From the human T2T-CHM13v2.0 reference genome, Homo sapiens: 64,000 nucleotides of DNA. Position numbers and translations under genes: made by a program. Below the pieces are notes generated by a model. It had not been told where the DNA came from and ran no database searches. It worked only from the letters and a program-made list of their open reading frames with translations. The stretch lies in the NCBI RefSeq assembly GCF_009914755.1, contig NC_060932.1. One strand, 5' to 3'. Positions 55,051 through 64,000 of this stretch are shown here, one piece after another (position 1 is the stretch's first letter; every line of letters starts with the position of its first letter).

Positions 55051-55599
55051 TACGTGGGTTAACAGGGAAACAAGCAGTCAAATTGATAAAGAGTAACTGG
55101 AGGTACCTTAGGGAGGAAGTTTGGGGATGTGGATGACGTTAGATGCAGCATTCAGAGAAGGGTGTCTGTGAAGCTGCCAGCCATGCGGACAGTGATCCAG
55201 GCAAAACCCAGTGAAGACAGAAAAAAAAAAAAAGCAAAGCAGCTGGAAAAGAGCTTTGTCCAAAACACTACATAATGCTCTCTTCTTCTTGATCTCATTA
55301 ACAGCCTGATTTTTCCTCCTGTGTATTTTACCTTAGGAATGCCCTTGTTCACTCTTTTACAATAAATGATTCCTCTTGTGACCTTTCTGTCTTTCAGAAA
55401 CTTCCACCTTGTCCATGTATGAGATGCATATACAGAGATCATGGAAACATCACACCGCAAAGTCTTTCTCCAGCAACTTGCTTTCAGATACAAAGCGACA
55501 CTCCAATGTCAGAAATCATTTTAGAAATTGCTTTTCCCTTTACAAAGCTCTGAACTTTGACTAATTCCTCAAAGACACTTGTGTTTATATGGCTGTTTA

Positions 55600-56615
55600 T
55601 TTACTTATTGTCCCTGGGTTGTTCAATAGGTCTCTTGACATCATTCCTCCTATCATTTTGTATCCTTTGACCAATGTGCCCCCAATACTTCCCAGCTCAA
55701 CCAAGTCCAGCCTCCAGTAACCTCCCATCTACTCCTTCTTTCTATGTATCAACTCTTTTAGGTCCCACGTACAAGTGAGATCATGCGGTATCTGTGTTTC
55801 TGTACCTGGCTTATTTCATTTAGCATAATTAGGATTTTATTCTTTTTTTCAGCTGAATGATATGCAAATGTATGTATGTATACACCCCCCCCACCCCCCC
55901 CACACACAGTTTCTTTACTCATTCATCTGATAGATATTTAGGTTAATTTCATACCTTAACTATGGTGAACAGTGCTGCAGTGAACATGAGGTGCAGACTA
56001 CCTTTCACATAATGATTGTGTTTCCTTTGGATGTATTACCCAGCAGTGGGATTGCTGGATCATATGGTAGTTCTGTTTTTAAAGTTTTTCAGGAACCTCC
56101 ATACAGTTTTCCATAGTGGCTATACTAATTTATATTACAACTAAGAGTGTACAAGAAATTCCCTTTCCTCCACATCTTCTCCAACACTTACCTGTTGCCT
56201 TTTTGATAATAGTTATTCTGACAGATATGAGATGATACCTCATTATGGTTTAAGTTGCATTTCCCTAATGATTAATGAAGTTAAACATTTTTTCATCTAG
56301 CTTTTGGCCATTTGTATGTCTTATTTTGAGAAGTGTCTATTCAGATCTTCTGTTTCATTTTAAATTAAGTTACTTGTTTTCTTAATATTGAGTCGTTCAG
56401 GTTCTGTACATGTTTTAGTTATTACCTCCTGGTCAGACATGTGATTTACAAATATGTTCTCTCTTTCTGTAGGTTGTCTCTTCACTCTGTTGATCATTTC
56501 CTTGGCTGTGCAGAAGCTTTTAAGTTTGATGTAATCTGATTTGTCTATTTTTGCTTTTGTTGCCTCTGCTTTTGCGTTCATATTCAAATAAATTATTGCC
56601 CAGATCAACATCATG
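55600..56615 (-). mobile_element. L1MA/L1PB-type 3' fragment
   Basis: ORF 56360-56614(-) (KAKIDKSDYIKLKSFCTAKEMINRVKRQPTE) matches the L1 ORF2p C-terminal region; AGTGGGATTGCTGGATCATATGGTAGTTCT. Confidence 0.9.
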
Positions 56616-56937
56616 TATAGGGATACTTACTATTTCAATGTAAACTTACCAAAATCACAAAAAATGTATTGTTAGAAAGTAACTATGCCACATAATGTTT
56701 CCACACAAGACTGTGCAACTTGTATAAACTGTATTACATGATGAAAATCTCACAATAGTGCTCAAAACCTCAGGTGTCTATCTCAAAAGAAGACACAGTC
56801 ATTAGATTGCCTTATAATTTGGATTTTCCTTGATTAAAATTTCACATTCACATTTGTATTTCCTTACCTCTGTAGAAATAGCATTAAAAGTAATTCCCCA
56901 GGCATCTGGGATTGCTCTAGGAATTTTTATATAAAAC

Positions 56938-56938
56938 C

Positions 56939-56970
<32 letters not shown>

Positions 56971-56990
56971 TATACATATATATGTGTGTG
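56938..56990. repeat. (TA)n(CA)n microsatellite
   Basis: Directly visible. Confidence 0.9.
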
Positions 56991-59900
56991 TCTAAAAATA
57001 GTGTATATGTGACATAGAATTATATTTTGGATATATTAAATTGTCATATCTTTATTCTTCATTTTGTAGTCTAGGCAACTAAATAACCACCAAAGTGACA
57101 AAATAAGGGTACCTTTTCATAACTTAGAAACCAAGGAAGAATGACACAATATGCTAATAAAATTTTCTCCCAATTTCAACTGGAACAATTAAATGATAAA
57201 TTCCTATGTAGAGAAATGCAATCATCTATAATTTCTTCATTTCAGGTCAGTTAATATGACCATTTAAGCCTGTATTTCCTATTGCACTTCTCTTTTAGGT
57301 TGACAAAGAAAACAAATCAGAAATTCAACTAGCAGTTTTCCAAAATAAAACAGTAAGGCTTATTACCCTGACCTTAGCAGTTGGTACCCAATTTAGTATC
57401 TTTATACTACGATGGTTTTCTTGTAAATGTTATCCTTGGCCACATCTAAAATAACAAGTTTTTACTTAACATTTATTTTTTTCTAAAGAAATTCAGTCTC
57501 TAGAAGGAAATAAACCTGGCAGAAATAGAATTCCTACTTTTCACCCTTATGCTAGGCTCTAGAAATACTGAGGAAATCATCCGCTTTCAGGACTGTTCTT
57601 GAAAGTGATAACTTGCATGCACTTGAGCCGCATCTCCCCTTCCCAGCACACCTGAACCCCAGGTCCCACTGTTGATCTCCCTCTTCAAAGCAGCTCTGTT
57701 ATCTTCCTGAAACTGGAGAGGGAGAGGCTTACTCCTACTTTCAAACCAAAAACAGATTTAGACCCGAAAGGATTTAAAAATAACTTAAAAATAAAGTCCC
57801 AAAGCTGGCTTTTCTATGTTCAATCACACAACACTCGAAACAATTGTGTGTTGCTTTGAGTCCCAAATGCTTTAATTTTTTTAAAGAATATGCAGTTCAC
57901 TTTCTTATTCCAGCAAACATCGCATTTATACTATCAATATGTCCAGGGTTTACTAAAACTTCATAAATGACTCTCTGATATTTGAAAGGGCAAGATTAGA
58001 GTGGCTTCGTATTTCAAACATATACGTCAAAGAGTTGCGTAACACATATGCACATATTAAAGTTATTACAGATGTGAAAATCTGCTTTTTTTTCCTGCCA
58101 AAGAAACATGTACTTCCTTCATGAAGAATTTCCTAAACAAATTTTGCCAGTTTAATTGCCTATAGAAATTTATTTTTAAAACATTTTATTTAAACCATGT
58201 AAGTCCCAAGGTAGTCTGTGAACGTGAACTTTAAAGCTAACATTTTTGTCACTAGTTCCTTTTTGCTATGTCAGAAAAGAAAACAATTCACAGCCATTTT
58301 ATTTTTCCAGTTTTTCTCAAGGTTAGAGACTGTCTCAACCTCATAGGCTCAGAAGAATGCCTTTATTTTCCCATGAAAAGATAATCCTGAAGTAATATTT
58401 GCAGCAAGAGGCCATTAGGCAAGTGTTGACCCTTTATGGCTAGTCCAATTTCCTCTCTATGTGAGATATTAGTAATTAAATTCAGATTTCTGTGTATTTA
58501 TTTTCTTTCCTCAACTCTGTTCATGGATGCCATTTTTAGGTATCTCTTGCCACTTGAGCAATCAATAAGCAAAAGAGAGATTTGTAAGAGGCCTTAAAAG
58601 GAGAGAAAGAGGATTTTTCTCTTAGGCCCAGTTATAGAATCAGTTGTTATTTTTTGGTCTGCAATAAATTTTTCCCATATCTGTATGGGCATTCCACCCG
58701 CGAGTTTCAGTTCTCTTATTGCTTTTCTAAATGTCTTGAGAGGTCACTAGAAAATTATTACAGTTCATTATTATCCAGAAACTCCAACTTCTGACATAAA
58801 GTAGCAATTATTTTTAACTTAATCACAGACTAACATAGTTTTGGATGTTGGAAGAAATAATGCTAAAATTGTATAGCTCAAAAAAAAGAAAGAGAGAGAG
58901 AGAGAGAGAAAGACAGCCTGAATATGTCTTGAGTTTGAGAATTTTTCAATCTTGCTTTATTCTCAGGGATAATTTTCAAACCTGAAATTAAATAGATCAG
59001 TTGAGACATGGAATAAGCTTCTATGGAGGCTCATTATAAAACTCATGTAGAGTCTAATCATTCTTCCTAATACTCATTTTTCCACCCACTAAATCATTAG
59101 CTTCATTAACAGTGATTAAAACTAAACCTCAATCTGGCAGAGTTGGATGGATTCTCACGTCCTTCTAATGACTATAGTCTAAAGCACCCCACTGGGAAAG
59201 TGAGTGCTTCCTGGAGCCCGTGGACACAGAGGGAAGAGACAGCATAAGATGACTCACAGTGCATGTTGATGTGAAATGGAGAAAAGGTTTCAATTCTAGT
59301 ACGGCAGGCGGGTGCGGTTTCCAAATTTGTTTGTTTAAAAAATGCAACGCCTAGCCTACGTTTATTTACAGAGCCTAAATTCAGGTGTAAAAATATCAGC
59401 TGATATAGTCTGGTACATTAGAACACACCATATAGTAGATAAAAATGTCAATAATTGCTCATGTCTTTGACTGGAATAATATCTTGTATGTAGCTGCAAA
59501 ATTAATTACCACTTTATTCGATAAATCATTGGCAAATCTTGATTATAGTGACAATAGTGGCTTCTAAAACTTTTAAATAAATTATGGGGAAATATCCTCC
59601 TGTCCTGTAATGTAATATCACCTATAGTTTAAGGAAGGTAGATACAGAGAGATTACTTTCAGAAACTACATTACTAATAACAGAACATGGGAATTATTTT
59701 CTCACGAAAATAACTGCAAATCAACTTTCAACCTTTAAAGTTTTATAAACTTCATAAAAGACATGATGGAAAAATTTGCTTCCTTAGTAAGTATTTCTTT
59801 AAATAGATAAATGAGCTGCTCCGAATGACCTCTTTATTTGAGAAAAGTGATTTAATGTGGCTGTTATCCAATAGTCATCAGTGAATTTACAACTAGGGAT

Positions 59901-60564
59901 GATAACTGGGATTAAGAGAAGTCTTAAAAATAAACACCTCCAAGGCGCAGAAAAAAAAAGAAAAACAAGAAGAAACAGGAATAAGGTAACTAAAAGAAAT
60001 TTAAGAAAATTTTTATAATTGCATATGTGTTTATCTTCAAATATCTCAGTACTTATAAAGGATTCAAAATAACATGACTATTAGGAAAAAACATGTGGCA
60101 TGATATTTAAGATAGAAGTTTTTTTTTCTTCTTGTCCTTCGTATCTTGCCCCTAAAAACTAATTTCTAGAAGTTATATGTCAGTAAGAGTGAGCAACTTC
60201 CCTGAGCTGTTATCATACAATGTCCCTCATCATAGTCCTGGTCTGCTGAATGATCAGGTTGGGAAAACAGATGGGAAAGAAAATCCTAGCATGTGTGTTC
60301 GCTTTTAAATGAAATGCTGATTTGGAAATATTACTGCTTGACCCAACTGATGCCATAGCTGTAGGGATTAAACAGAAGTTTGTCAAAGGAGGTAGAACTT
60401 ATGACTGTCTGCTCATTTGCCAATTCCATTATACTAATTTAAAGAAGAGAAAAAATCTGTGTCTCCCTGGGATTTGTGTTCAAACAAACTGCAAATAAAA
60501 TAGTTGCTTTCGTTCACCATAGTTAGAACACTTGCTTAGCTTTTAAATTGTAGTCCTGTAGACC

Positions 60565-60602
60565 AAAAAAAAAAAAAAAAAAAAAAAAAAACAAACAAAA
60601 AA
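60565..60602. repeat. Poly(A) tract with no attached element
   Basis: A27 then CAAACAAAAAA; no Alu or L1 body recognisable upstream. Confidence 0.85.
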
Positions 60603-62516
60603 GGTAAAGTGAAAAGAGATAGACAAGAAACAGGAGTAGAGAAGAGAGAGAAAAAATAAGAGAAGTTACTGGTGATTAACCTTGATCTTTAATCAAACTA
60701 GAGAAAGGAAAGCTTAAGAGAAGAAGGGGGCATGCACAGCTTCCAAGACTGCGGGGAGGGCAGTTAGGGGGCCATTTTTAAGCAATAGCTCTTGCAATCA
60801 TCTGGTAGTCAAAAGGTGGTAACAGTTGTAGAGCAGATGATTTGTGGAGGAAGGAAGTGGGACGAGGGGTGGATGGTGAATTTCAAATGGTGCGAGACAC
60901 ATAGGGGCTGGGGTGAGGCGTGACAGAAAGGAGAGAACTTCCAATAAAGAAAGGAGAGGGGAGAACCATGAGGTCCATGCATGGAAAATGAACCAGTGAG
61001 GAGACAGAGACAGAGCTTAATGATGTTAGGAAATACTTAGAGAAAATAACTATTCCAAAATGGCGGGATCCTTATTCTAGGCATAAGTAGATGTTGAGAA
61101 GTCATGTCCTTTGAAGGGAAAGATTAGATTTAAGGGATAAATATTTGCTGCCTAGAAGAAAAACACCTAAGTCCAAATCCATAGTGTTTTTCTGATAGAA
61201 TAAGTGTTTCTTAGAAGACTTTATTCTTTCTCTCGGCAGTGGGGAGGGAATTTTGGTTTAAGTTAGAGAGATGATGACCCATGAAGCCTATTCTAGGAAT
61301 TATAAAGTCCTGGATTTTGGAGATGTTATTTGATTTAAAAAGCAGGATGGACTTGTTTGATGTGAAAGAAAGAAAAAATGATAACCACTGTGTGGTCAGA
61401 AAAGCAGTTCATAGCTAAGAACACTCTCTTAAAATGAAATAATTTTTTAAAATCTAGGAAACCAACATTAGTTTAAAGATAAAATTTAAAATACATGAGG
61501 AGTGACTGAGGAAGATGAAGGTATAATGGTAAGCTGCCAGGGGAAATACATATACTTTAACAATTTTATAGTAACTCTCAAGAAACTTACGACAGCTCAC
61601 GTTGGTTGCCTGTAGGTCATGGAATCGGTAATGAAGACGATCTTTTCATCATAAACTCTCTGATTGTGTGGAGTGTTTTGGTTTAATAAAATGGCCATGG
61701 GAAACAACCCTGAAAGGATGGAATAAATCTCCCAATTTTAAAGAGCAAAATATCTATGACCACCTACAGAATCAAGTCACGAAGGACGTAGAATGGATGA
61801 AAGTGAATAGGGGATAAAAATCAAAACCTTGAGAAAAGCTCCTAAAGAGAATGTAAAGTAAGTCATAATAAGGACAGAATGACAGGTGCGAATGTGGTCT
61901 ATGCCTCCCCATCCAGTGCTCACCTTGCAAGAAATGAGCAATGCATGGGAGGGTAAAGAGGGGAGCCTCTGCGAGGACCGTTTCAGGATTAAGAGAGAAA
62001 GAGTGTGAAAACAGGCACTAACGGTGAAGACCAAGCGAAAAATAAAGAAGCATTGTTTCCTGCCAGATGTCACTGCTAAAGGAGAGTGAATAGCATGATA
62101 AATAGCTGAGAAAGGGAAGATCTCTGAACATTAACAGTGAGGCTTTGAGGACAGTTCTGCTCCTGACACAATTCAAAGAGCCGAGATTTTTCAGACAGAA
62201 AGATGCAGGCTCACATTCTAAATCTGTGCTTCTTAGTGGCTGAAAATTTAGCAATGCCCCTCACTTTTCTCAATTTTAATTTTGTTACTGGTAAAATGGA
62301 GATCCTTGTGGCTACGCAAAAAGATTCCTGCTAAATACCCGCCTTCCAGGAGTTTGCAAAGATTCATTTCATGAACATACGGGTAATAATCATGCACTGT
62401 GTTTCAGTCACTGTCTTATGTGCTGAGGTTATAAAAATGAATATGACCAATGTGTGCTTTTGTAGAATTTAATATCTGGAACTGGAGACAAGCAGACAGT
62501 GTTTAAGATGGAAGTA

Positions 62517-62951
<435 letters not shown>

Positions 62952-63009
62952 TCAGGCACAGCACACAGCATTGTACCAGAGCGGGCTAGTAAACGGTAGC
63001 CTTAACTAA

Positions 63010-63340
<331 letters not shown>

Positions 63341-63729
63341 AGAAAATGTAAGTATTTTTTTAAAAAAGAAAAATAATTTCATCAGATAAGTCATTTTTAT
63401 TATTTTAAAGGTCATTCCAGATCAGTGGTGGGAGAAATACAAGGATGGGCTCATAGATCATGACATGGTTTTGGGACCAAGTGTGACAGGAAATTGATTA
63501 GTCATGGTTGTGGGGGCTGGGTGGGCAGGGCTGAGACCAACATACTAGAGGGAACTTCCTATTGACTTGTGCAGCTCTGGACATTCTCACGAAGATAAGC
63601 ACATTAAATTTAAGTCAGGTGAGGGAAAAGATGAGACTGCTGTCTTATTTCAAACCACATGGGTTAAATCACATGAAATGAATGATTACAGGCTACAAGA
63701 AAATGGAATGAAAATGTAAAATATTAGAG

Positions 63730-63905
63730 TAGAACTTGAGGGTTGGGTTTTTGAGTCAGGCCTAAGCTTGAGCTGATTCCGCCATCCTAAGAGACCTTAG
63801 GAAACCTCCCTAAGACGATTTTTCCACCAGTGAAATATGAATAGAATGGCTACTCAAAGGAGTTCTGATGACAATATGGACTTCCCAAAACTTTCTATGG
63901 CAGTT
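63730..63905 (+). mobile_element. MIR-like fragment
   Basis: GAGTCAGGCCTAAG..GACCTTAGGAAAC..CCACCAGTGAAATATGAATA. Confidence 0.45.
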
Positions 63906-64000
63906 TGGGTAAGAAAGCTGCCTTTTATTGTCGTTGTATGTTGAGGGACGTGTTGAGACCCCCAGTAGGTTCTCACCTATGGAAAGGTGAGTGGAGCTGT

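Overview
This is AT-rich, repeat-dense human genomic DNA, either intergenic or deep intronic. The human assignment rests on two AluYb8 copies and one AluYa-lineage copy. I find no protein-coding exon, RNA gene or CpG island that I can support; the listed ORFs are repeat-derived or chance. The one recognisable gene-derived feature is a full-length processed pseudogene of RSL24D1 (minus strand, ~50072-51710) with target-site duplication (TSD) and poly(A) remnant. The rest is a layered transposon record: old L1M, L2 and MIR fragments, MaLR and ERV1 solo LTRs, a full-length Tigger1, MER1A, MER2 and 14 Alus. The least ordinary signal is a set of locally templated inverted duplications and fold-back patchwork insertions, five within 48.2-53.4 kb and another at 28.1-28.9 kb. 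The clearest is a 219-bp inverted copy of nearby flank inserted into the pseudogene 3' UTR, with a hairpin at both junctions. I see no evidence of a new gene system. Repeat subfamily names come from remembered consensus sequences and need RepeatMasker/Dfam confirmation.
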